DNA of 64,000 nt from positions 9,757 to 73,756 of the forward strand of contig JAUCBJ010007886.1 of NCBI GenBank assembly GCA_032718475.1, in the 5' to 3' direction. Origin of the DNA: Nemertoderma westbladi. Taxonomy: Eukaryota; Animalia; Xenacoelomorpha. Position 1 is the stretch's first letter. Each line of letters opens with the position of its first letter. The translations under genes and the position numbers were made by a program. The notes below the pieces were generated by a model. It made no database searches. It worked only from the letters and a program-made list of their open reading frames with translations, and was not told the origin of the DNA. Positions 46,067-59,102 of this stretch are shown piece after piece.

Positions 46067-47294
46067 TCAATATACTTCCTGTAACTCGGGGTGTGAGTTA
46101 ACAAATAAGTCTCCATAGTCCGGATCCTGACGGATAAAATTGATTAGGTTATATGAATGAAGGTCGCTAGGATTAACACTCCTGAGAAATTTGCGTACGA
46201 ACTTGGTTGAAATACATTCTCCGACGCGCTTCAGTAGTTCGTAACTCGATATGCGTGATTTCTGTTCGACAGAAGCGAATAGATAAGGATGGAACGCATA
46301 AACTCCTTCGTAAGCGCGTCCAGGATAATAACGATGGCGCGAATCACAATGTAAATCAGCGTTCGCTTCCCAAGCTCTGATGTAACGTAGTGTGATCATT
46401 TCATCTACGCTTTCCAAATCGTGATTAAAAGGGCAATCGAAACTGGCGTGTCCCTTTAGTTGACAATGGTGACATTGAGTCATAAATTGAGGGCAAACCG
46501 CAAAAATGTGCAAGTTATTGAGTCTACAATATGCACAATAAATTTCCATCACCGGTTGTTCGTGGAAATAGGAACAGCGGACGTTTGTGTCCTTCAGTTT
46601 GTTGGTTGGGTCTAGGGCATTCGTCACAATAACACCAAAGACGTACGTCCTGTAGAGGAAACGTGGGTGATCGTTCTCCAGTTTTGCAATATTCTTCCAT
46701 TTGTTCAAAACTATCCGGGATAACAGGTAGTGGACGATCGGCGGTAAGATACATCATAGTGAAATAGAGCCGTTTGAGTTCTACCATGGGGTCATGATGT
46801 ATACCTTGAGGATATAGAGTCTCGAGGTTCTGCTGACTGGCGATGTTGAGATAGGTTTCTCCCAAAAATTCCAGGTAGTCGTTGAAGTCGATGCGTTTAT
46901 CCGGTTCTTCAACGTTTTCTCTTTCCAGTCTGTTACGAATAGAATTTTCGTGTTCTATTCTCGGTTTATCGTTACGACTCCGCTGGGTATGATATTTAAA
47001 TAGAACCATTTCCCTTTCGGTGTCTACATCGTCTGTATCATGCAAGTCGATAGGATGGCCGGTAGTTAAGAAGTCCATATACGTACCATTACGATGCGTA
47101 TAGCGAGCGGTGAATTTTCGATAGTCCAATTCATGCGTAAGTTGCTCTTGGGACATCGGCGGTTCGATATAACGACCATCATCCTCCGTAATGGTTGGAT
47201 CAGCTTCACCGCGTATCAAGCTATCCACAAATGCTTGTAAAGGTAGAGTATATCGCTCCCTGATACCAAGATCATCTTCTATCAACTCCGTCAT
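46067..47294 (-). pseudogene. Accessory 3' ORF of inner BEL element with triple Cys/His cluster (one frameshift near 46580)
   Basis: 46524-47294 frame to CDEC..GH, then 46067-46708 frame CSYF..CAYC..H..CP..CHHC..GH..C..WEANAD. Confidence 0.75.
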
Positions 47295-48913
47295 ATCTGC
47301 TATTTGGGTTTATTAATATTATAAGGAGTTTATGTTTAGGCTAGCGGGCGTCGCTGCCTACCTCTCGTTGCCCCCGGACAGTGGGATTCTCAGCGCCGAT
47401 GTACCGTCGTCGCGGTGTTTACACCAACATGTAGCAACAGCACGACAACGATAACCGGCACAAGTCACTCCACTGTCCGTCCCAAAGGCTTGAATCCACT
47501 TTAGGTTCTTTCTATAGGAGAGTTGGGCTACTTTCACAATTGCGACTAGCTACTGTAAACATACTTTAGCAGTAACATTCACCTATAAACGCACAAATTC
47601 CACACAACTGTCACCAATTGCACACATACAGGCCATTTGTCCGTTAGTCAGTGCCTTCCAGAATGTCACGTTATTACTGTGTATCCTTGGATACTAACAG
47701 TGTGCTATGTATTCTCTATGCTATGCAATGGGACAAGCTTTCTATTGTTCTTTTAACTTGCTTCTAATTCTAGCGTGGGTGTTGCTATGGTGACATTATG
47801 GAAAGCTAGCGGTAGAATTAGGGTAATTCTCATGCATACAGATCTGGAATGCTATTTAATAGTAATTCTTTAATTGTCAATATCCTCTTTATACATGATT
47901 TTATTAAATTTTATCGGCTATTGACTATATGTTGGAGATTCTCGCACTCTAATACATTCAATAGGATGAATCTCCGCTCCCATGATCTATTAATTAATGG
48001 AATTTTGGGAATGTTATAAATTGCACAAAATGACAATTTATGAAATTCATTTAAGATATGAATTTAAATTTATTCCCGTGAATTTTATTATTTGATGGTA
48101 AAATTGACACAATTTTATTCCAGAGCATGTCTGGGGACCTAGGATCCTTAATTCTGTAAAATTGTCTTTTAAGAGTATCGGTAAGTGCTGCGATATCTTA
48201 ATTGACTAGAAATTTTAAAGGATCTGAATTTTACAGATTTTAATAAATATTAAATTAATATTTAAGATGGGCACTGATTTATTCCAGAACTTGTCTGGGG
48301 ACGTTAACCACTGATTCTAGAATTTGTCTTTCAAGTATATCGGTGGGTGCCGCGATATCTTAATCGACTAGAATTACAGATGGTCAAAAGGTTTAACAGA
48401 TTTATTTGCGTTTTACGCTACTGTTATAGGGACATCACGCTACTATATGTATTATTTAATATAAAGTAGAAGAGCAATATCGCACGAAGCAATGTCAGTG
48501 TGAAGAGGCAAGTCGTTTCCAAGGTCTACCCAGAGCTTGGTTTAGCCGAGACACGAGGATCTGAACTTTGCATTCCTAATACTCTGCCTACCAATAATAC
48601 TTAAATATAGTAGGAGCTTTATTGTACTTTAATAAGTACTGACATGTCATCTTACATGTAGTCTCGTATTTATAATATAATACGGACAGTAAGGAAAAAG
48701 AAAGAATTATTTCTCGCCGTCATATTAAATATATTATGTGTAATTACGTAATAAACACTAATATATTGCACTAACCTACTAAATAATCTAAAATAACATT
48801 CTACAAAATAAAATTAAATAAAACGATTATAATAAAGTACATAATAACGTTCTCATATAAAAATATAATAAAAATAGATAGAATAATATAGTCATGCACC
48901 CACTCCAGACGTA

Positions 48914-50229
48914 TCACGTTGGGGAGTCCCTAGATGTTTGAGGAATTAGGGAGGTGGTCGTGGGAAGAGTGTCTTGCCTTCCATAGTTTCCGGAGAGTTC
49001 TCTGTCTCTTTCCAGTAAACATAAACGACCAACTGGGCGGTTGAGTTGTTGCGTCTCAAAGATTATGCCTGGCTTCTTGAAGTTACGCCGCATGACGACG
49101 AGTTCTACCGAGCGTACTAAACCATCATCCGAGATGTGAGTCTCGATGATACGACCTGTCTGCCACCGTTTACGTGGAAGGTCTGAATCTACAATAAGCA
49201 CCATATCTCCGGCGCTGACGTTTTCTTGCTGCGCAAACCACTTAGTTCGAAGTTGTAGCGTGGGCAGATAATGTTTCTCGAAATGGTCAGCGAAACGACG
49301 GGATAGCAACTGCATAAGTTGCCAAGTTCGACGGCAGTATTCGTCTCCGTCGGCAATCTCCGATCGTGGGAGCATGGCTACAGGTTTCTTCAGTAGGAAG
49401 TGCGCGGGTGTTAACGCTTCCAGGGAATCGGGACTCAATGAGACTGGCATAAGCGGTCTCTCGTTGAGATAGGCAGCTATTTCCTCCATTAACGTCCGCA
49501 AAAGTTCGTCGGTGAGATACGCGCGGCATGGCACTATAAAGTGAAATGCGGTCTTGACACTTCTAATTAATCTCTCCCAACTTCCTCCCCACCAAGGGGC
49601 GTCGGCGGCGTTGAAGGTCCAGCTAGACGCTGTTATCCTTAGCTGATCGTCCACCTGTCTTTGGTTCCAGTCCTTCACGTAAGCCTGGATTTCGTTGTTG
49701 GCACCAATGAAGTTCGTTCCCTTATCCGATCTCATGGTATTACTAGTCCCGAAGCGAGCGATCTGTCGGCGTAAACTTAATACAAAGCTGTTGGTAGATA
49801 GATCGTTCACCATATCGAGATGGATGGCTCTACAAGTCATGCATACGAAGATGACACACCATCTCTTGACTATAGTCCTAGCACGATATACTTCAATAGG
49901 GCCAAATAAATCTACACCAGTATTAGTAAAAGGTGGTTCATAGAAGCTTACTCGTTCCCTAGGTAATTCTGCCTCTCGCTGTGTTAAAGGCCTACTGAAT
50001 GCTTTCCTACAGGGTATGCAGTTCCTAAGAACTTGGTTCAGAGCTCTACGGGGTTTATCAAAATAATAGCGAGTTCGAATTTCGCTAAGAACTCGTTCTC
50101 TACCAGCATGATAAAGTTTACTGTGAACATCTACAATCATCTTGATTTGTACTTCAAGATTTCTAATGAGTATGGGGAATTTAGTGTCAAAGGATAATGG
50201 CGCATTGGTGAGCCTTCCTCCAACACGTA
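48914..50229 (-). CDS. Inner BEL integrase (frameshifted from upstream pol)
   Basis: RVGGRL, H..HAG..CIPC, VDLFGP, SDKGTNF, WERLIRSVK, LTPAHFL; single-G deletion at about 50233 (DG/VIRVGG). Confidence 0.93.
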
Positions 50230-53200
50230 TTACCCATCTATCATTGTGCTAGAGAAGCGATCCCTTAAGCGCATCTGCGGATTTCTCAACAACAGGAAAT
50301 ACTTATCGGAATCCTCATAGCATTGCAGGAGTCTCAGTATCTGCTTATTGGTTTCTTCATGCTCCTGGTAACTGATTTTCTCCTTTAGAAACCGGTCGGA
50401 TGTCTTATATTTGGGTAAATTTTTAATAACATGAACTTGCGCAGATGTCAATGGAGCGGTATCACTAATGGTCTTCGTCCTGGAGTAGTGATGATGAAAA
50501 CATCTCCTTAAATATGTGACGGCTTTACAGAGCCGATTCCAGGAACTGTAGTGATGCATTGCTCTCTGCAGCAGGGGTGAGATTCCTTGCGAGACGTCTG
50601 GTGTTCCAGATTTCCAATCTCTATCTCTAATTTCCACAACAGACTTATTTGTGGCGAGGGATTGTGGATCCGAAGCATCGTTTCCGGAAGTATGTAATAC
50701 AGATAGATCGATCGTCGGTTTAAATAACTTCGATTTACTCGCCCGGGTTTTAGGTTTGACTTTTTCCGCTCCCTTGGCTTGTCTAATCTCCGCTGTAGTA
50801 AGGTGAGGAGGCCATTCATTCTCTTCCTTACTCAGGAAGTCGGGTCCACCCAACCAGTCTGGAGTATCTATCAGTTCCTGTGGAGTCGCTCCCCTGGAGG
50901 CGATATCGGCTGGATTAATCGTACCAGGGCAATGTCTCCATTGATCTATCTTTGTGCGACTAAGAATAATAGCTACCATGTTAGTAACAAAAACGCTGAA
51001 CTGACAGACTTCATTGGTTATATACTCCAACACGAGTAAAGCGTCGGTCCAATAAACAGTTTTCTCCAGTGGATAGTCGATTTGTTCTGTTACGTTCCGG
51101 CCGATGGCTGTAGCGTATAAAGCCGCCTTTAACTCCGCTCGAGGAACCTTTAACTTGTTGTTAATCAATGCCTTAGAGGTAACTAAGGCAACTTTGATTC
51201 CATCCGGAGTTTCGACTCGCAGATATGCTACTATACCTATTCCCATGTCGCTGGCGTCTCCAAACACGTGGAGTTGGTAGGAATACGTAGGAAGAACATG
51301 ACCAAAATAGGCACGGGAAATTACAAAGCTCTCGATGGCAGGTAGAGAATCTTCCCATTTCATCCACTTCTTTAACAGTTCTCCCTTAAGTGGATCGTCC
51401 CATGAGTAGTTTTCAAGCCACATTTGTTGTACTAAACTCCGAGCAATCAATATAACTGGGCTAATAAATCCCAATGGGTCGAAATAAGTGCTCAGGATAC
51501 TTAAACAAATCCGCTTGGTCCGAACTGGATTATCTCGCTGTTTTAGCTGAAAAAACAGGATATCTCTTTCTGTGTCCCACTTCAAGCCAAGCGTCTTGGT
51601 TTCTGGAAGATCGTCCTTTATTAAGTCTAGGTCTTTTGTTCCTCGGTCTTCTACCGGTATCGCTTCCAGAAACTCACGGGAGTTGCTAGTGAATTTCGTC
51701 AGTCGAAATCCACCTCTTTTCAAACACTCTACCGTTCCTTTCGCGACATCAATGGCTTCTTCTACTGATGGAAGGGACTTTAAATTGTCGTCCATGTATA
51801 TATCGCGCTTGATGTTGTCTATCACCTCTTTGGAGAAGGCGTCTCGGTTGTCATTCGCAGTGGTCCGCACCACGGAGCAGGCGTTGGAAGGGCTTGATAT
51901 GATCCCAAAGGCCTGGATGGTCATCCAGTACTCTACCGGTTTCTGGTTGAGATCTCCTTCAGGCCACCACAGAAATCTTAGGCTGTCTCTATCTCTATCC
52001 AGCGCCTTGACTTGTAAGAACATTCCTTCTATATCGGAGGCGAACGCGATGGAATATTGTCTTAATCTTAAAAGTATTCCCAACATAGATTGGAGTAAGT
52101 TGGGTCCTGGTAACAACTCGGAATTGAGGGATTGGCCCATATATAGAGCGGAGCCATCGAATACGACTCGTACTTCATGGGGTTTACCGGGTTTGGGAAC
52201 GTAATGATGTGTTAAGTAATACGTTCTCTCAGTCACTGGTGTTCCTTCCGGTACTCGCTCCACGTATCCCTTTGTAATAAATTTCTTCAACTGAGTTTGG
52301 TACATTTCTTTAGCTAAAGCATTAGCCGTAAGGCGTCGATGTAATTGAGTGATTCTTTTCTCTGCCAAGGGTCTGTTATTTATAAATCTAGGTTCTCGTT
52401 TTCGAAATGGTAGGCCGATTTCATATCTACCTTGATCTTTTAAAAAACGTGTAGTTGTTTCCTGGATTTGCTTGGCTCTTTCTTCTTCTATCGATAGGGC
52501 CTTATCGTATGAATTGGGCTCTACCAATTCTTGAGTAAAGAATCGTACGGCGAGTTCGTCCCGAGTTCTAGCGTTGTAGCGCTCTATCTCATCATTTAGT
52601 TCGTCATTGTAATCAATGGGTCCCGATGGGCGAATCAGTTGACATAGGTTCACCTGGGTTTTCCAAGTTTTGTTTTCTGTAAGTAGGTCGATTGTGTTCT
52701 CTTCATCGAAGAGTTGGTAGATGTCGTCATTATCTGAGGAGTATGGTGTTCCCTCAGTTAGTTCGTCCACCTCACTGCTCTCCACTTCCCAATCGTTTAC
52801 TTGGTATATTCGTTCTTGTGGCATTCTCTCTTCGAGAGTTCTGCGGGAAGGGCCAGTAAAGTACCAACCTACTCTAGTTCTTACCGCATAGGTTTGTAGT
52901 GGCTGCGGTTGAGCAGGCCGTTTCTCCAATGTCTCGAGCGCCTCATGCGCGTTTTGGCTGATGAGTATTTGCACTCCAGGATAATCTGTCTGGAATCGAG
53001 GTATCTTAAGCTGTTGGATGCTCTCGTCCTCGTCCCAGTTATAAGGTTCTACTTGGGTAGTAGCGAAGTTCTTTATAGCCACCATTTTTACTGACCTTAT
53101 ACTTTGTGCTCCTAATTTATCCTGGGGGGTGGACAACGCACCTACATAGTAATCTGCCGTTATGGTAGATTTCCAAACCTGCATAATTCCTGACATATTC

Positions 53201-54708
53201 AATTTAGTCCGGAATTTGGGTTGTCCAGCAAAGATATCTTCGGCTAGTTCTTGATCGATGAATGTTCCTGTGCTGCCGGAGTCAAGGAGGGCGTTCACTA
53301 TGTAACTTTTGTTAGGACCGTGAACTCTTACCTGCACTACTGGAAATTCTCTGATTCCTACGTTGGAAGTTGGAGCTTTCCAAGATGGTTGTCTGGCAAA
53401 AGTAGTTCGGGAGAACTCATTGTCGGTGTCCTTTTCGTAAGCAAGTGCTCGATACACTGCGGTATTTATTAGGTAACAGGATTCGTTGGCGTCGGAGAAT
53501 TCGTCAGTATAGAATCCTTCCATCTCAGACTCTTGATCAGTGTCATTTACATCACTGAATTGGACACGTAGTTCGGGCTCACTTACCTGACTCGGGTTGT
53601 TTCGTTCGAATTCACTGTGTAACAAGATGTGATGTTTCGCACCGCACTTTGCACACTTTACGTCGGAGTAACAGGTTCGCCGTTGGTGTCCTGGTCTGAG
53701 GCAATTATAGCATAACCGCTTATCCCACATGACTTCACGTCTGTCTACCAGGGATTTCTTTAGTAATTCAGCACACGCACTCAAACGGTGGGGCCCGTCG
53801 CACAGCGCACAGTTTGGTTTGATGTTACTCACTTTACCTTGGGTAACGTGATGCACTCTCGTTCTTTCTTCAGGCTTTCTTCCGTGCATTCTGTTAGGAG
53901 ACTGAGGAGGAGTCTTGGCAACCTGTTCTCTCCTATCGTTGGTTCGAGCCTTGTATTTACTTACGTCTTTTGAGGTTTTGTTAACGTAGTAAAATCTATC
54001 AGTGTCTTTCCCGCGGTCCTCTTCTTGAGAAGCTTGGCTTTCGCCGTCGTCAGTGTAACATACTGGTGTTACTCTTCTCCTAGAAACGGGTTTCTCACTT
54101 ACCTTATTTTCCGATGTTTTCTCTCTGGACTGCTTGATGAGTTGTAGTTTTACTTCACCATCTAAGAAGGACATGAGATCAGCCATGGTAGGGCTTCGTC
54201 GTTGCTGCTCATTCATATACAACACTTTCTTGTCCCAGCGTGTACATACTCCACCCTTTGGTAAAGTAGAGACTACTGCTCCAATAACCATGGAACTCTG
54301 ATTACCTAACCAGTCCAATTGTCTACATATCTCCTGAATCTCATCGGAAAACTCGATAATCCCGCTACTAAGGAAGTTTCGGGGGGCTACTAATTTTGCA
54401 TACAAATACTTAGCTATGTTATCCTTGTTACCATACCTGGTGTTTAATGTATCCCAAACTTGTCTTAATCCATCTGGATGTCCAATAAACTTTAACGCCA
54501 TTAACTTGGGAGGTCCTTCCAAGCACTTGATGAGGAATCTAAGTTTCTCTCCGTTAGATAGTACAGAGCTCTGTATGCTATCTTTGTAATATTCATTGAA
54601 AGGTAACCATTTCATCTCATCTCCATTGAATTTGACGATCTCTCCCACTTTGACCGCTTGGCGGGCTTCTGTTCTAGCCATCTGACGCGTAAAGCTTTCT
54701 TGGGCCAT
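50230..54708 (-). CDS. Inner BEL gag-protease-RT-RNase H
   Basis: KFNGD..W..F (DUF1759-like), three CCHC knuckles, ALLDSGS, DIEGMF, YMDD, FGDAS, NPADIASRG. Confidence 0.95.
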   Translation of the reverse strand: MAQESFTRQMARTEARQAVKVGEIVKFNGDEMKWLPFNEYYKDSIQSSVLSNGEKLRFLIKCLEGPPKLMALKFIGHPDGLRQVWDTLNTRYGNKDNIAKYLYAKLVAPRNFLSSGIIEFSDEIQEICRQLDWLGNQSSMVIGAVVSTLPKGGVCTRWDKKVLYMNEQQRRSPTMADLMSFLDGEVKLQLIKQSREKTSENKVSEKPVSRRRVTPVCYTDDGESQASQEEDRGKDTDRFYYVNKTSKDVSKYKARTNDRREQVAKTPPQSPNRMHGRKPEERTRVHHVTQGKVSNIKPNCALCDGPHRLSACAELLKKSLVDRREVMWDKRLCYNCLRPGHQRRTCYSDVKCAKCGAKHHILLHSEFERNNPSQVSEPELRVQFSDVNDTDQESEMEGFYTDEFSDANESCYLINTAVYRALAYEKDTDNEFSRTTFARQPSWKAPTSNVGIREFPVVQVRVHGPNKSYIVNALLDSGSTGTFIDQELAEDIFAGQPKFRTKLNMSGIMQVWKSTITADYYVGALSTPQDKLGAQSIRSVKMVAIKNFATTQVEPYNWDEDESIQQLKIPRFQTDYPGVQILISQNAHEALETLEKRPAQPQPLQTYAVRTRVGWYFTGPSRRTLEERMPQERIYQVNDWEVESSEVDELTEGTPYSSDNDDIYQLFDEENTIDLLTENKTWKTQVNLCQLIRPSGPIDYNDELNDEIERYNARTRDELAVRFFTQELVEPNSYDKALSIEEERAKQIQETTTRFLKDQGRYEIGLPFRKREPRFINNRPLAEKRITQLHRRLTANALAKEMYQTQLKKFITKGYVERVPEGTPVTERTYYLTHHYVPKPGKPHEVRVVFDGSALYMGQSLNSELLPGPNLLQSMLGILLRLRQYSIAFASDIEGMFLQVKALDRDRDSLRFLWWPEGDLNQKPVEYWMTIQAFGIISSPSNACSVVRTTANDNRDAFSKEVIDNIKRDIYMDDNLKSLPSVEEAIDVAKGTVECLKRGGFRLTKFTSNSREFLEAIPVEDRGTKDLDLIKDDLPETKTLGLKWDTERDILFFQLKQRDNPVRTKRICLSILSTYFDPLGFISPVILIARSLVQQMWLENYSWDDPLKGELLKKWMKWEDSLPAIESFVISRAYFGHVLPTYSYQLHVFGDASDMGIGIVAYLRVETPDGIKVALVTSKALINNKLKVPRAELKAALYATAIGRNVTEQIDYPLEKTVYWTDALLVLEYITNEVCQFSVFVTNMVAIILSRTKIDQWRHCPGTINPADIASRGATPQELIDTPDWLGGPDFLSKEENEWPPHLTTAEIRQAKGAEKVKPKTRASKSKLFKPTIDLSVLHTSGNDASDPQSLATNKSVVEIRDRDWKSGTPDVSQGISPLLQRAMHHYSSWNRLCKAVTYLRRCFHHHYSRTKTISDTAPLTSAQVHVIKNLPKYKTSDRFLKEKISYQEHEETNKQILRLLQCYEDSDKYFLLLRNPQMRLRDRFSSTMIDG

Positions 54709-56922
54709 CGTGTTATTTAATATCGAATTATCGGTATATGAATTTCTTGGATTGTTATCAGGTCTATAGGGAATATCATTAACAACAGGTTTATAATCAC
54801 CCTTAATTATGGTTTGCTATAGGAGTTTCTACTTCACTAGCAGTATAGATGCGTGTAGGCTCCACACCTTGCGCATGTGATACTTCAGACCTAACAGGTT
54901 GACACAATGTTACTGGGGGTATTGGTATACCCTTTTGTATATTGACTAATTTGTCACGTTCTAGCGCGATGCTTTGCTGCACTTCTTGCAATTCTAACCT
55001 ACTTTCCCTTACTGTTCCCTTAAGTTGGTGGACAGTCTCCTGCATCTGTCCTAGCAGGAGATTCATCCCCCGCCGTCCCTCCTCTACCCACTCGACCGCC
55101 GAAGCGGGAGTCGCCAACATTGTAGCGGGCGAAGCGGGACGACGGGAGACAAATCTTTGATTTCTCTCTCAGTGTCCAGGACAGGGATATTCGCATGGAC
55201 TGTTCTACCGGGTACAGGCAGTGTAGTACTGTGTAGAGGGAATTTAGAGTTAAGCTCTGGAAGTACAGGGGTCTCTAGCACAGGAGTGGATTTGGGAACG
55301 ACAGGCCTAATTATTTCAGGCTCATCAACTATGGTAGGTAGTCTTTTGACCTTAATAATTTGGTCTGTGGGTTCTGTACTACCTAAGTCTGTGCTAGCTA
55401 ATTGTCTTCTAACCGCTGGGGGCAAATCAGGCAATTTGTGACGGTGAGATGTTTTTCTACGCCTGCTTAGACGAGATCTATTTCCTCCGCCTTCAGGATC
55501 GGTGGTCTCGCCTTCCTCCGATGATGTGTATCCTTGGCGTTTGGGAGTAGATCGCCTCATCATCTGCATTTGACTAGCAGCTAACTGTTTATTTATGCAG
55601 TCTTGCGTCTCTTGCAGATTTTCCAACTCCAGTTGGGTAGTCTCCTCAGACGCTCTCCATTCTGCTTCTGCCACTGCCTTTGCCGCCATTGCCATCTTTC
55701 TTTCCACTTCTGCTTCTGCCATTGCCGCTGCTACTGCTGCTGCCTTTCGGTCCTCTATCCGTTTTTTCTTTACTTGTTCTTCTTGGACTCTAGCGAGGCG
55801 GAGTTTTTCATCAAATTTAGCTTGGTTTGCAGCTAACATTTCCGCATCGATTGAGTCCAACACAAGCTTGGTTCCTTCACTATTGGGGCGAAGTCCAGCC
55901 AGTCGTCTCCTCAACTCTTCATCACCTAGGAAACGTTGATAGTCTGACAGATAGATGTCTATGGCGTCTCTTGTTCGCGGTCTCTCTGCGGTCACTTCGC
56001 TTTCCACTTGAGAAAAGGTGGCATCGGTTGATTCTTCATAGGTTGGTCTCTCAGCCAGCTGGGATTTCCACTGGGCCGTTTCTTGTACTTTGAGACCTAC
56101 CCGCTGGAACCAAGTCTTGACAGCAACTTGCAGTGACGTGTCCTGTCTTCTTTTGGAAGTTTCCTCAAAGGCTGATAGGATTAGTCTAATGCGTAGGGTT
56201 CTTTCGCGTACTTGATATAGCAGCTCTTCCTGCTCTTGAGGTCCTTGGGGTTGTCGAAACAGTTGTTCTTCTAATCGCTCTAAGGAGCCGAAGAATCCCT
56301 GCACATATCCTGCTGCTGACCTCTTCCAAACAGCTGGATCCATCGTATCTTTAGTCACTCCCATCCTGTGTATGTCTTCCCAAGTAGCTTCGGACAAATC
56401 TAACGGGAGTCCGGGTCCGGGAAAGTTCCATTGTGACTCGACAATAGACATCAATTCTTCCCTGGCGTATCCCGCATAACTATCTTGGGTCGCTCGCTTA
56501 CTTCTCGCCCAATCGACTTGGTGTTCCTCCACCACAATCAATATAGTAGTTAGTACTGCGGCAGGAAGGGTAAGAAGGGGATCCGAATAGGCTGTAGCCG
56601 CCATCTTCACTCCGCGTTCGGGGGTCAGCTCTACAGTATCCGAACTACTGGAGCTATCGGGTCGCTGGGAACGAGTTTCTTGACTTGGATGTTGCTGCTG
56701 TTGGACAGCTGCTTCTTGGTTCCGTTTGATCTGGGCCCGAGTGCCGATGATAGACCTACGGTGTTGGATTAGCCTAGGGTCTGATACTACTACTGGAGGG
56801 ATGACCTTTCTTTCAGTAGGAGGTGAGCTGAACCCCTTTCTTAATCGCTCCACACTCCTATCTGTGTCACAGATGGTTGTATCGATTAGACTGTCTGACA
56901 GGTTTTGCTTAGTGTCAAACAT
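54709..56922 (-). CDS. Long N-terminal coiled-coil extension of inner BEL gag (frameshifts near 55140 and 54810)
   Basis: ORFs 55084-56922 and 54803-55120 chain into the 54708 frame; E/K/A-rich coiled-coil stretch. Confidence 0.65.
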
Positions 56923-58277
56923 ACTTAGCTATACAGTTGAATGCTTACTGCTATAGTTACAGTTAAAGCAAGTCTAGTAATTCAGTATGACCGTTGGCCT
57001 AGTACCGGTAATTAATTACAATATATTAGAATACCGGTATACACTTATAGTATATATAAGTATGGTAGACTAGGTTTGTCACAGAATACCGGTATATAAT
57101 TTTAGCACAAATATATATAAATATATAATAGGCCTATCGTGAATACCGGTATACAGCTTACACTTATAGTATATATAAGTATAATTATGAACTAGAATTA
57201 ATTACAGAATACCAGTATGATTTCAGCCCAAATTTATAGAAATAAATATAATAAGCCTATGGTAAATACCGGTATGTCAATTATTTTAGAATAATTGAAT
57301 TTCTGAAATTTTAGGGTTACTTGGTTACTTTAACTTACTTTATTACCGTTACTTAAGCAGTAGTCCAAATGATATTGAGACCTAGTTGTTATATGGCAGG
57401 CCTACTATTTATAAATCGTTTGAGTTGATTTATAATATATATATATATACCCGTTTAAAATGGGTTTTGTCAATATTTGAAATAAATGTTATTATTTCTG
57501 GGGGGAGTCACTACACAGAAGCTGTGCGCTCTCAGTGAAGTGCTACTTATTGGACACTAAAACAGATAATTCTAATTTACTTAAGTTACTTAATACTACA
57601 AATTACTTACGATACGGGTGAGATTAATTCTCTAATTAAACACAACAAAAATATTACGTACGAAATTTTAGGGTAATTTTACAGGAAGTCTACAAACCAG
57701 CCTAACAAAGGGTTAGGATTCTGGTTATTACAACGGACAGGGTACTACGGTATTTGAAAATAATAAGTAGTAGTAAATATATTGCGCTGTCCAGATAGGA
57801 AAAATACCACCGTCTGACGACCTATAGCCGTATCGCTATAGGTACTACGTTATGTATCACGGAGTGTTCCTACCTAGAAGTTAATTACCGCGGACTACCA
57901 GATCCAACGTGCCTATTAACCACTTTACAACACAATACACTGCCTACACACTAATTACTTTCGGAAAGCACTGTACACTAAACCCTAAATTAGGTACAAG
58001 TACTTATTAAAACAGATAACTAGCAGTTAAATATACTTGAACAGTTAAAAGAACCACGGCATCTGCTGGAGTGACCGGAGCACAAAGTCACCAGTCTTTA
58101 CCTACGCCAAGCAGCCCGTGTAGTACCGGGGTTAATTTAACTATAATGGTATGTGTAACAAGCACAATTACTGTAGGAATAAACTTGGGGACATGAATGT
58201 TGCGAATAATCGCATAAACTCTGAATAATAAATATTATGCTACCCGTACAAACTACTCAAACAAATTACAAACCAAA

Positions 58278-58790
58278 TGCTGGCAGACTACCACCAAGCC
58301 TAAATAAACTACAGTATGTGCAGATTCCGAAATGGTTAGTTAGTATGCGTTCTAACACGGTAGTACGACTTATTCTTTAGGAGGGGGTTGACCTTACAGC
58401 TCTGGATGCCCCAACTTACTAACTGGCACTTTATCAGACAAACTCTACACACGCAGCAATCTCTTCAGACCTAATAATAGCTAGACAACAATCCAGCCTA
58501 CAAAATATCTGAGTAATAACTATTACGGTACCTGAACAGACCACACAAACAAACACAGGCTAAAACGCTGGCAGACCACTATCAAGCCCAAACAAACTAC
58601 AGTATATGCAGATTCCGAAATGGTTAGTTAGTATGCATTCTAACACGGTAGTACGACTTATACTTTAAGAGGGGGTTGACCTTACAACTCTGGATGCCCC
58701 AACTTACTAACTGGCACTTTATCGGACAGACTCTACACACACTGCAATCCGTTCAGACCCAACAACAGCCAGACAACAGTCCAGCCCACC
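58278..58790. repeat. About 225-bp direct duplication in inner BEL 5' UTR
   Basis: 58278-58501 is repeated at 58566-58790. Confidence 0.85.
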
Positions 58791-58973
58791 AATTGTCTGT
58801 ATAGACTGAGCAAGCTTACACGCCTTCTGCTCAATACTGGCCTACAAATAAATAAAAACTGACAGAAATAAGTAAGCTCCAAAAGAAACAAGGGGTGTAC
58901 AGTCCCTAATCTCTTAAACAGCCTACCGGTATGCACTAATCAAAATCGAATAATACTAATGTACTTATACTGG

Positions 58974-59102
58974 AAGTACCGGTTAGGACAGTTGGGCCTA
59001 CAGACCTACAGCAGTACCGGTTCAGGCAGTTAGGCCTACGGACCTACAGCAGTACTGATTCTGGCAGTTGGGCCTACGGACCTACAGCAGTACCGGTTCA
59101 GG
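58974..59102 (+). repeat. 38-bp tandem repeat x3 next to the 5' LTR
   Basis: CAGTTGGGCCTACGGACCTACAGCAGTACCGGTTCAGG variants. Confidence 0.85.

Noticed and set aside
48914-56922. Multiple frameshifts in young BEL and Polinton ORFs as programmed frameshifting
   Set aside because: Several fall at homopolymers (e.g. missing G at about 50233) with no slippery-site/pseudoknot evidence; sequencing indels or decay are more likely and raw reads are needed
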